A stretch of 64,000 nt of DNA from the human T2T-CHM13v2.0 reference genome, Homo sapiens. A model generated the notes under the pieces. It was not told where the DNA came from. It was given only the letters and a program-made list of their open reading frames with translations, and did no database searches. The stretch lies in the NCBI RefSeq assembly GCF_009914755.1, contig NC_060942.1; one strand, 5' to 3'. This document shows positions 14,371 to 26,620 of this stretch, piece after piece. Every line of letters begins with the position of its first letter. The first letter of the stretch is position 1. The translations under genes and the position numbers were made by a program.

Positions 14371-14505
14371 GTGTTGGGGAGGGGGTGTTGGAGGCGGTGT
14401 TGGGAGGGGGTGTTGGGGAAGAGGTGTTGGAGGGGGTGTTGGGAGGGGGTGTTGGGGGGATGTTGGGGAGGGGGTGTTGGGGAGGGGTGTTGGGAAGGGG
14501 GTGTT
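14371..14505 (+). repeat. G-rich 11-14 bp minisatellite (TGTTGGGGAGGGGG-like), G-quadruplex prone
   Basis: Eleven TGTT anchors separated by runs of 2-6 G. Confidence 0.92.
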
Positions 14506-14870
14506 GATATTTGGCCAATAATTCAGTCATATCCAAATCTCATCCTTGGCCAGTCTCCCCCATTCTCCCAGGAAATGTTTAAAAGGGGCAGGGTCTAGCA
14601 ATGGCATCCCTCTTTTTTACTGTGATTCTGTTGATAGCACAATTCCTTCTCGCCTTAGTGTGCACCTGGGTCATCTGGGATCCTGACTTGCAGACCTGGG
14701 TCTGGCAGCTGCGAGGCTGAGTCTGAGGGTGCATTTGTAATGAGATTGGGGTGATGCTGGTGGTGGTGCCACCAGGAGCAGGAACACAGGTCCTTCCTCG
14801 GTTGGTGTCATGGCTCATACCTGTGTGTAAGGGGTCTTCTGTGTGAGGCAAGCCACGTCGTTCCCCACCC

Positions 14871-15042
14871 AGCAGTTCTCACAGTGTGGTGCCTGCGCCA
14901 GTGGCATCAGCTTGGAACTTGTTAGAGATGCAAATTTCTGGGCCTTACCCTAGATCTGCTGAAGCAGAAACGTGGGGGACGGGACCCCGCAGCCCAGGTC
15001 TAACAAGCCCTCCTGACACTCGGGCGGGTTTGAGAACCATTG
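14871..15042. mobile_element. MER5A-type hAT-Charlie MITE
   Basis: cagttctcacagtgtgg...gaacttgttagagatgcaaatt...taacaagccctcc...tttgagaaccattg. Confidence 0.8.
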
Positions 15043-16560
15043 TCCACCAGCGGCTGGCAGCCCATGGATGCTGCTTCTAGGCACTGTGGGGCCCACTGAC
15101 CTCCTGGCCTTGGTCTCTGGAGGAGCTCCCAGCACAGCCCCCAGCTTCCTGAGGAGCACGTGGCCTGGGCTCCTAAAGTGCCTTTCTTATTCCATTTTTC
15201 TGCATCTGTGCATACTCCCCACTTCTTTCCATCCCGTCTCTAGCCATCCCCAGGAGGTTTTCCTCCACTTCCTCCACTTCAGGCCCCTTGTCTGCACTGA
15301 GAATAAATAAACATAGAGGGAGTGCTGGCCTCCCGCAGAGCTACCGGCCTTTATGAAGGATGAGGCTCTGAGGAGTGATGGAAACTTGCCCCTCGCACTG
15401 GCACAAGACCCTGTGGGCCAGGCCCTTCAAGGGGTGCATTGTGGCAAATCCCTACCTCTCTCTGCCCTGCAGAGCAGGTTTGTAGGAGGAGGAAAAGACT
15501 CAATCAAGTTTCTGTGTCTGCCTCCACTTTCAGAGGACTCTGTGAGCTCTGCACCCTCTCTTGTCACGTTCTCTTCCTCTGGCCTGGGGTCCTTGGCTGG
15601 CTGTGCTGTAAACTTCCTTCCTAAAGCTTAGCCCCTTTGAATGGATTCTAAGCGCATAATCTGATCATATTTATGTCTGTTTTTCCGCTTGGATATTAGC
15701 TCTCAGATAATTTTGACTCAAGCTCTGTGAGGCCAGCCTCCCTCCTATCACACCACCTGCCCCCCATTTGAGCTTCCCAGAGACTATCACTGGCTGATTG
15801 CCCCAGATGGTGATAAAAGTCTTAATGCCTTAATGTGGTTTCAGTGGCTCCATCATGGTCTGGCTGGAGGAGTAATAAACTCTGGTCTACAAACTTCAGT
15901 TCCAAGATATGTACAATAAGACTGTTTTTTTAAAGCCAGCTGAAATGATGCTGACTCCTCGTCTCCTCCCATTTCACCCTCTGGGCAGCAACAGCCACCG
16001 GGTTCACTCTCGGGGCTCCTGGTGGCAGGCTTGATGCTGCATGTCCTGTGGTCAGTGTGGTACTGGTCATCTAATCACACCGATACCCACTGAGGGGTGC
16101 CAGTGTCCTCAGCCCACATAATCCGCCCGCTGGAGGTGTGGGCTGGTTAACTTCGGACCCGGGGAACTAGAGCCTGGATCTGGCTTTCCTGAGATATTGA
16201 ATTTGATTCTCTCAAAGCTGTCGTAGATGTGGGACCTTCCAAGAGGCTGCATACAGTTCCCAGTGTTCGTGGGGCCAGTAGACTATTCACACTTCATCCA
16301 GGAAGGCTCGCTGCCAGACCCTCTTACATTATTTCCAGATGCAGTTTTTCATTTTTTCTGAAAGTTCTAAAGTTTTAGAAAATAACCTTCCCCAGGCAAG
16401 GAAGCACAGAATGTACACATTATTTAGGTTGAGAAAGGGGTAAAATGGAGAAATATGGTAAATTAAGATCTCAGGAAGCTATATTCTTACCTGGCCTATG
16501 CTTACTTTTCTGGTCCTTTGTGAAACTGCCTTAAAAACGATATTGCCTCCCTTCAGAAGA

Positions 16561-17363
16561 TGTGAGGGTTAACTTCACATCAGTGTGACTGGGCTGAGGG
16601 ATGTCCAGGTAGCTGCCCAAATATTTTTCCTGGGCATGTCTGCGAGGTCGTTTCTGGCAGAGATGACCAATCCAACCAGTGGATGGGTAAAAAGATTGCC
16701 CTCCCCAGTGTGGGTGGGCACCATCCAGTCCACTGAGGGCCTGAACAGAACAAAGGCAGAGGAGGGGGAATTGACTCTCCCTGAGCTGGGACCTCCTCCT
16801 TCTCCTGCCCTTAGACATTGGTGCTTCTGGTTCTCAGACCTTTGGGTTTGGCCTATGATCTGCACCACCAGCTTTCCTGGAACACCAGCTTGCAGATGGC
16901 AGATTATATAGGCCGGGGGAAGCATAACTTCTTTTTATTTGTTTTTTCTTGAGACAGGTTCTCGTGCTGTCACCCAGGCTGGAGAGTGGTGGTGCAATCT
17001 CAGCTCATTGCTGTGTTGACCTCCAGTCTCCATCCATCCTCCCACCTCAGCTTCCCGAGTAGCTGGGGTTACAGGCGCACGCCATCATGCCTGGATAATT
17101 TTTGTGTTTTTGTAGAGACAGGGTTTTACTATGTTGCTCAGGCTGGTCTTGAACTCCTGGGCTCAAGTGATCTGCCTGCCTCAGCCTCCCAAAGTGCTGG
17201 GATTATAGGTGTGAGTCACTGTGTCTAGCCGATAACTTCTTGAGATGTTAGTTAATCTTGTTTCTCAGTGTCCATAATGGCATGAACCCATTCCTCATGA
17301 TAAACCTCTTTCTATATGTCCATATAGATCCTTCTGCTTCTCTGGAGAACCCTGACGAATACA
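16561..17363 (+). mobile_element. Complete MLT2 solo LTR, interrupted by AluJ
   Basis: Starts tgtgagggttaac and ends tctctggagaaccctgacgaataca; 5-bp TSD gaaga/gtaga. Confidence 0.9.
16932..17230 (-). mobile_element. AluJ
   Basis: Antisense Alu with J-type features (ccatcctcccacctcagc, ctcctgggctcaagtgatc); TSD ataacttctt at 16924-16933 and 17232-17241. Confidence 0.9.
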
Positions 17364-17479
17364 GTAGATTATGAGCAAACTGGAACAAGGGACCACACCT
17401 AACAAATACATGGGCATTTTCATTTGTGATTTTTCCATTGCTTAGATTGCTTACTTGACAACATACACATACAATTTTG

Positions 17480-17953
17480 TAAAAAAAAAAAAAAAAAGTT
17501 TTACAAACAAAATAAAAAGCAAAAAAATAAACTAGGGAGAATTGCCAGAAATTTCACAGACATTGAGTTCATAGACTCTGAGTTCATCAGAGTCTACACA
17601 CTTGGCAGAGAAGACTCTACATCAGTGATTCATAGGAAATGGAAATGTGTCATAAATAAGCAACAAGGTTTTATTTCAACAATTCTAAAAGAGATACTGG
17701 TCAACTACAAATTAGCAAAAATGAGAAGCCCAAATCATATTCAGTGTTGATCTGAGCCCAGACACAACTATTCCTCTCACTGTTAGTGGAAAAATAAACT
17801 GGTGCAACTGTTTTTAAAGCTGTTTTACAATATTTGTCAAGATATACAGTGATATTAAGATTCTTCGATTTAATAATTGCAGCTTCAAAAACACATCCAA
17901 AGGGTTAGTTCCAGATGCAGACAATAATGTATGCATAAAAAGTGATATTAATT
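17480..17953 (+). mobile_element. Old L1ME-like 3' region
   Basis: ctctcactgttagtggaaaaataaactggtgcaactgttttt resembles the L1M ORF2 end; it appears to resume after 25560. Confidence 0.55.
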
Positions 17954-18642
<689 letters not shown>

Positions 18643-21600
18643 ATGACTTCTTTTCCTCTGGGTAGATACCCAGTAGTGGGATTGCTGGATCAAATGGTAG
18701 TTCTAGTTTTAGTTCTTTAAGGAATCTCCACACTGTTTTCCATAGTGGTTGTGCTAGTTTACATTCCCACTAACAGTGTAGAAGTGTTCCCTGATCACAG
18801 CATCATTGATTTTTTTGATTATGGCCATTCTTGCGGGAGTAAGGTGGTATCACATTGTGGTTTTGATTGGCATTTCCCTGATCATTAGCGATGTTGAGCA
18901 TTTTTTCATATGTTTGTTGGTCATTTGTATATCTTCTTTTGAGAATTGTCTATTCATGTCCTTAGCCCACTTTTTGATGGGATTGTTTTTCTTGCTGATT
19001 TGTTTGAGTTCCTTGTAGATTCTGGATATTAGTCCTTTGTCAGATGTATAGATTGTGAAGATATTTCTCCCACACTGTGGGTTGTCTGTTTACTCTGCTG
19101 ACTGTTCCCTTTGCTGTGCAAAAGCTCTTTAGTTAAGTCTCAGCTATTTATCTTTGTTTTTATTGCATTTGTTTTTGGGTTCTTGGTCATGAAATCTTTG
19201 CCTAAGCCAATGTCAGGAAGGGCTTTTCCAATGTTATCTTCTGGAATTTTTAGAGTTTCAGGTCTTAGATTTAAGTCCTTAATCCATCTTGAGTTGATTT
19301 TTGTATGAGGTGACAGATGAGGATCCAGTTTCATTCTCCTATATGTGGCTAGCCAATTAACCCAGCACCATTTGTTGAAAGGATGTCCTTTCCCCACTTT
19401 ATGTTTTTGTTTGCTTTGTCGAAGATCAGTTGGCTGTAAGTATTTGGGTTTATTTCTGGGTTCTCTATTCTATTACATTGGTCTATGTGCCTATTTTTAT
19501 AACAGTACCATGCTGTTTTCCTGACTATGACCTTATAGTATGGATTGAAATCAGGTAGTGTAATGCCTCCAGATTTGTTCTTTTTGCTTAGTCTTGCTTT
19601 GGCTATATGGGCTCTTTTTTGGTTCCATATGAATTTTAGAATTTTTTTTTCTAATTCTGTGAAGAATGATGGTGGTTTTGTGATGGGGACTTCACTGAAT
19701 TTGTAGATTGCTTTTGGCAGTATGGTCATTTTCACAATATTGATTCTACCTATCCATGAGCATGGGATGTGTTTCCATTTGTTTGTGTCATCTATGATTT
19801 CTTTCAGCAGTGTTTTGTAGTTTTCCTTGTAGAGGTCTTTTGCCTCCTTGGTTCGGTATATTCCGAAGTATTTTATTTATTTATTTATTTATTTTTATTA
19901 TACTTTAAGTTCTAGGTTACATGTATACAACGTGCAGGTTTGTTACGTAGGTATACATGTGCCTTGTTGGTTTGCTGCACCTGTTAACTCGTCATTTACG
20001 TTACGTATTTCTGCTAATGTTATCTGCCCCCAAGCCCCCCACCCCCTGACCAGCCCCAGTGTGTGATGTTCCCTGCCCTGCTGCCCTGTGTCCATGTGTT
20101 CTCATTGTTCAACTCCCACCTATGAGTGAGAACATGCGGTGTTTGGTTTTCTGTCCTTGTGATAGTTTGCTTAGAATGATGGTTTCCAGTTTCATCCGTG
20201 TCCCTGCAAAGGACATGAACTCATCCTTTTTTATGGCTGCATAGTATTCCATGGTGTATATGTGCCACATTTTCTTAATTCATTTGGGTTGGTTCCAAGT
20301 CTTTGCTATTGTGAATAGTGCTGCAATAAACATACGTGTGCATGTGTCTTTATCGTAGAATGATTTATAATCCTGTGGGTATATGCCCAGTAATGGGATG
20401 GCTGGGTCAATTGGTATTTCTAATTCTAGATCCTTGAGGAATCACCACACTGTCTTCCACAATGGTTGAACTAATTTACACTCTCACCAACAGTGTAAAA
20501 GCATTATTTCTCCACATCCTCTCCAGCATCTGTTGATTCCTGACTTTTTAATGATCGCCATTCTAATTGGAGTGAGATGGTATCTCACTGTGGTTTTGAT
20601 TTCCATTTCTCTGATGACCAGTGATGATGAGCATTTTTGCATGGACAAAGACTTCATGACTAAAACACCAAAAGCAATGGCAAAAAAAGCCAAAATAGAC
20701 AAATGGGATCTAATTAAACTAAAGAGCTTCTGCAGAGCAAAAGAAACTATCATCAGAGTGAACAGGTAACCTGCAGAATGGGAGAAAATTTTTGCATTTG
20801 CAATCTATCCATCTGACAAAGGGCTAGTATTCAGAATCTACAAAGAACTTAAACAAATTTACAAGAAAAAAACAAACAACCCCATCAAAAAGTGGACAGG
20901 ATATGAACAGAAACTTCTGAAAAGAAGACATTTATGTAGCCAACAGACATATTTTATTTTATTTTTATTTTTTGCAGCTGTTGTAAAAGGGATTGAGTTC
21001 TTGATTTGATTCTCTGCTTGGTCAATGTTGGTGTATAGAAGAGCTACTAATTTGTGTACATTAATCTTGAATCCAGAAACTTTGCTGAATTCTTTTATCA
21101 GTTCTAGGAGCTTGGAGGGGTCTTTAGGGTTTTTTAGATAAACGATTATATCATCAGCAAACAGTGACAGTTGACTTCCTCTTTACCAGTTTGGATGCCC
21201 TTTATTTCTTTCTCTTGTCTGATTGCTCTGGCTAGGACTTCCAGTACTATGTTGAAGAGGAGTGGTGAGAGTGGGCATCCTTGTCTTGTTCCAGTTCTCA
21301 GAAGGAATGCTTTCAACTTTTCTCCATTAAGTATTATGTTGGCTGTGGGTTTGTCATAGTTGGCTTTCATTACATTGAGGTATATCCCTTGTATGCTGAT
21401 TTTACTAAGGGTTTCAATCATAAAGGATGCTGGATTTTGTCGAATGCTTTTCCTGCATTTGACACCTTCTGCACAATCATGTGATTTTTGTTTTTAATTC
21501 TGTTTATGTGGTATATCACATTTATTGACTTGTGCATGTTAAACTAACCCTGCATCCCTGGCATGAAACCCACTTGATCATGGTAGATAATCTTTTTATA

Positions 21601-24600
21601 TGTTGTTGGATTCAGTTAGCTAGTATTTTATTACAGATTTTAGCATCTATTTTCATCAGGGATATTGGTCTGTGGTTTTCTTTTTTGGTTATGTCCTTTC
21701 CTCATTTTGGTATTAGGGTGATGCTGGCTTCATAAAATGAATTTGGGAGGGTTCCCTCTTTCTTCATCTTGTGGAATTGTGTCAAAAGGATTGGTAACAA
21801 CTCTTCTTTGAATGTCTAGTAGAATTCTGCTGTGAATCCGTCTGGTCCTGGACATTTTTTTGTTGGTAATTTTTTATTGCCATTTCAATCTTACTTCTTG
21901 TTATTGGTCTGATCAGGGTATCTAATTCTTCCTGATTTAAGCTAGGAGAGTTGTATCTTTCCAGGAATTCATCCATGTCTTCTAGGTTTTCTAGTTTATG
22001 TGCATAAAGGTGTTCATAGTGGTCTTGAATGATCTTTTGTATTTCTGTGGCGTCAGTTGTAATATTTTCTGTTTCATTTCTTAATGAGGCTCTTTGGATT
22101 TTCTCTCTTCTTTCTTTGGTTAAAGATTAACCAAGATGCTAACAGTCTATCAATTTTATATATCTTGTCAAAGAAGCAGTTTTTCATTTCATTTATCTTT
22201 TGTATTTTTTCTGTTTCAATTTCATTTAGTTCTGCTCTGATCTAGGTTATTTCCTTTCTTCTGCTGGGTTTGGTTTTGGTTTGTTCTTGTTTCTCTAGCT
22301 CCTTGAGGTGACCTTAGAATGTCAGCTTGTGCTCTTTCAGTCTTTTTGATGTAGGTGTTTAGGGTTATGAACTTCCCTCTTAGCACTGCCTTTGCTGTTT
22401 CCCAGAGGCTTTGATAGGTTGTGTCATTACTGTTGTTCAGTAGGAAGAATTTCTTAATTTCTATGTTGATTTCGTTTTTGACCCAATGATCATTCAGGAA
22501 CAGGTTTTTTAAATTTCCATGTATTTGCATGGTTTTGAACGTTCCTTTTGGAGTTGATTTCCAGTTTTTTCCACTGTGGTCTGAGAGAGTGCTTAATATA
22601 ATTTCAGTTTTCTTAAATTTGTTGAGGCTTGTTTTGTGGCCGATCATATGGTCTTTCTTGGAGAAAGTTCCATGCACTGTTGAATAGAATGTGATTTCTT
22701 CGGTTGTTGGATGAAATGTTCTTTATATATATATATGTTAAGTCCATTTGTTCCAAAGTATAGTTTAAATCCATTTTTTCTTTGTTGTCTTTCTGTCTAG
22801 TGCTGTCAGTGGAGTATTGAAGTCCCCCATTATTATTGTGTTGCTATCTATTTCATTTCTTAGGTATATTAGTGATTGTTTTATAAATTTGGGAGCTCCA
22901 GTGTTAGGTATATACATGTTTAGGATTGTGATATTTTCCTGCTGGACAAGGCATTTTACCATTATATAATGTCCCTCTTTGTCTCTTTTAACTGCTGTTG
23001 CTTTTAAGTTTGTTTTGTCTGATATAAGAATAGCTACCCCTGCTCACTTTTGGTGTCCATTTGCATGAAATGCCTTTTTCCACCCCTTTACTTCAAGTTT
23101 ATGTGAGTCCTTATGTGTTAGGTGAGTCTCCTGAAGGCAGCAGCTAGTTGGCTGGTGAGTTCTTATCCATTCTGCAGTTCTCTATCTTTTAAGTGGAACA
23201 TTTAGGCCATTTACATTCAATGTTAGTATTGAGATGTGAGGTACAATTCCATTCATCATTCTATTTGTTGCTTGTGTACCTTGTTTTTTTTTTTGTTGTT
23301 GTTGTTTGCTTTTAAATTGTATTTTTGTTTTATAGGCCCTGTGAGATTTATGCTTTAAAGAGGTCGGATTTGATGTGTTTCCAGGATTTGTTTCAAGATT
23401 TAGAACTCCTTTTAGCAGTTCTTATAGTGGTGGCTTGGTAGTGGAGAATTCTCTCAGCATTTGCTTGTCTGAAATAGACTGTATCTTTCCTTTATATATG
23501 ATACTTCATTTAGCTGGATACAAAATTTTTGGCTGATAATTGTTTTGTTTGAGGAGGCTACAGATAGGGCCCCAATCCCTTCTAGCTTTTAGAGTTTCTG
23601 CTGAGAAATCTGCTGTTAATCTGATAGGTTTTCCTTTATAGGTTACTTGGTGCTTTTGCTCACAGCTCTTAAGATTCTTTCCTTTTTCTTAACTTTAGAT
23701 AACCTGGTGGCAATGTGCCTAGGAAATGATCTTTTTTATGATGAATTTCCCAGGTGTTGTTTGTTCTTCTTGTATTTGGATGTCTAGATCTCTAGCAAGG
23801 CTGGGGAAGTTTTCCTCCATTATTCCCCCAAATATGTTTTCCAAACTTTTAGATTTCTCTTCTTCCTCAGGAACACCGAATATCCTTAGGTTTGGTTGTT
23901 TAACATAATCTCCAGACTTCTTGGAGGCTTTGTTCATATTTTCTTATTCTTTTATCTTTGTCTTTGTTGGATTGGGTTAATTTGAAGACCTTGTCTCGAG
24001 CTCTGAATTTCTTTCTTCTACTTGTTCAATTATATTGCTGAGACTTTCCAGAGCATTTTGCATTTCTATATGTGCGTCTAATGTTTCCTGAAGTTTTGAT
24101 TGTTTTTTCTTTATGCTATCTATTTCCTTGAACATTTCTCCCTTCACTTCTTGTATCGTTTTTTGGATTTCCTTGTTAAAGAAAAGGCTGTTGTTCAGAT
24201 TCTTTTGTCCCACAGGGTGTTCCCTTGATATAGTACTGTCCACCTTTTCCTATGGATGTGGCTCCCTGAGAACCAAGCTGTAGCGATTGTTCTCTCTCTT
24301 CTGGATCTAGCCACCTAGCAAGTCTACCCAGCTCTGGGCTGGTACTGGGGGTTGTCTGCACAGAGTCCTGTGATGTGGACCATCTGTGGGTCTCTCAGCC
24401 ATGGATACCAGCATCTGTTCCAGTGGAGGTGGCAGCGGGTTGAGATGGTCTCTGAGGGTTCTTAGCTTTGGTGGTTTAATGCACTATTTTTGTGCTGGTT
24501 GGCCTCCTGCCAGAAGGTGGCGTTTTTCAGAAAGCATCAGCTGTGGTAGTGCAGGGAGGATCAGGTGGTGGGTGGGGCCCTAGACCTCCCAAGAGTATAT

Positions 24601-25560
24601 GCCCTTTGTCTTCTGCTACCAGAGTGGGTAGGGAAGGACCATCAGGTGGGGACAGGGCTAGGCGTGTCTGAGCTCAGACTCTCCTTAGGCAGGTCTTGCT
24701 GCAGCTGCTGTGGGGGATGGGAATGAGGTTCCCAGGCGAAGGAAGTTGTGTACCTAGGAGGATTATGGCTGCCTTTGCTGAGTCATGCAGGTTGTTGGGG
24801 AAGTGGAGGAAAGCCGGCAGCCACAGGTCTCACCCCATTCCTGTGTAATCTGAAGGGCCAGTCTCACTCCCACTCTGCCCCCGTAACAGCCCCAAATCTG
24901 TTTCCAGGAGGACCGCGTGCAGGGCTGAGACCTTGCCCAGCCTACCTGCCTCTCAACGGGAAAGAAAAAGTCTTAGTTCCTTCCCTGCCTATGGAGTCTG
25001 CACAGTAGATTCGCACCCTCCCCCAAGTTCTGGCCGGGAAGCTTCTCACCTGGTTCAAATTGTTAACAGAGTTCAGCTGGAGACTTCCTTCTCGTTGCGT
25101 TTTCCCTGTGCCTCTGGCCACCCTCCCAATGGATCCCTGTGGTGCCAGGCAGGAATGGTCTGCTTCGGAACCCAGCGAGCTCCCAGGGCCTTTCCTGCTG
25201 CTTCCTCTACCCCCGTATTTCCTTGGCTCTCTAAATTGACTCAGCTCCAGGTAAGGTCAGAAACTTCTCCCACAAACTAGACCATCAGTTTCCCCAGTGG
25301 GGGAGTGTGTGCCAGGGTGGAGGAACTCTCTTTCCCACTTCCGCAGTTTGGGCATTCACAGTAGTATTTGGGGTGTCTTTGGGTCTTGCAGGTGCAATCC
25401 ACTTCCTTCAGAGGGTCTGTGGGTCCTCTCAGGTTTCCTGGTTTGCTCCTCCAGTCGTTCTGGAGCTAAAATTCACCATGCAAGCCTCTGCACACTGCTC
25501 TGTCTGTCCGAGTCAGAGCTGCAGTCTAGTCCTTCCTCCCCTCCGCCATGTTGATCCTCC
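18643..25560 (-). mobile_element. Near full-length L1PB (5' UTR, ORF1, ORF2; 3' end missing), inactive
   Basis: 5' end revcomp ggaggatcaacatggcgga...ggactagactgcagctc; ORF1 NLRIFGVPEEEE (23719-23937); endonuclease IIMGDFNTPLTALDR (22765-22962); [37 protein letters not shown] (21146-21421); many stops and frameshifts. Confidence 0.93.
19879..20949 (-). mobile_element. 5'-truncated, 5'-inverted L1PA nested in the L1PB
   Basis: L1PA 3' end (ttattatactttaagttctagg) on minus to 20638, then plus-strand ORF2 piece 20639-20949 ([31 protein letters not shown]); flanked by tattttattt at 19869 and 20950. Confidence 0.9.
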
Positions 25561-26299
25561 ACCTATGCCAAAATATTAACAACAGTTATCTCTAGGTTGT
25601 GAGGTTATGAGGACTTTAATCTGTTATTTATACCTATTTTCACATTTCATCAATGAGCATACATAAGGCTTATTTTTAAAAATTACATATATTCTTAAAT
25701 CATGTAACCCTCACATCCATGCTCTTCTCAGAAGTCATTATTGTTACAATTAGCTTTGTAAACTCATTCTGTTTTTTTCTATGCAATTGACATGAAAAAC
25801 ATTAAAGAAGCAAATATCACTTTTGTTTTTTTTTTATGTGACTGATGTACCATACTCACATCTTGTTGTTTTTTTTTTCCAAATATTTTGGAGCTATTTT
25901 CAAGTCATGACATGTTGTTCAACCTATTTTATCTTTTCTCTGTGATGTGAGAAGCTTGATCTCTGTGAACACTCTATATTGATTTGTTCACACAGATAAT
26001 AAATAAATTAGGTAAGTGTTGCCCGTTTCAGAACATTTTCATGCTTAAAATGAAGGCTATTTATATGAAAGTCTGTTTCTATGATTGCAAAGTGTTACTG
26101 TAGCTCAATTATAATTTACAGACCACCTAGCATGTAATGGGCTATGTAAGACAGCTGGTGGGCTCACAGATAAGCAGACATGGTATCAGACACACTACGG
26201 GGTTGCAGAACAGGTTCTCCCCTCCAAATCCAAACCTTATACAAAACCAAAACCTTTGGTTTTGTATAAACGTGGCACAGCTGGCCACGTCTTTTCTTC

Positions 26300-26620
26300 C
26301 TAAATGTTTCTCTTGCTTTGGCTTCCATAACATTCTCTTCTCCTGGGTTTTTGCTAATTCTCTGCCTCCTTCCATTGGCCCTTTACTAATTTTCTTTCTT
26401 CTACACTATTTTTAAATATTGGGGCTCTTCAAATCTTGACACATTCTTTCTTTTTCTCTGCACTTGTTCACCTGGCAAACTCACCAATCCTATTGCTTTA
26501 AATATCAACTATATTTTTAGGGCCCCAAATTATATATTCTTAGACTTTAGACCTATATATCCAACTGCCTATTTGTAACTGCCATGCGAAAGTCTACAGA
26601 GCACCTCAAATTTCATGCTC
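26300..26620 (+). mobile_element. L2 fragment
   Basis: gctttaaatatcaactatat...ccccaaattatatattc...tatatccaactgcctatttg matches the L2 RT region; L2-like sequence resumes near 27350-27600. Confidence 0.7.

Noticed and set aside
13762-14598. Several overlapping 84-166 aa ORFs on both strands
   Set aside because: They are products of the two GC-rich minisatellites, with low-complexity translations.
18643-25560. L1 ORF1/ORF2 peptides as functional CDS
   Set aside because: They are fragmented by stops, frameshifts, deletions and a nested insertion, so the element is inactive.
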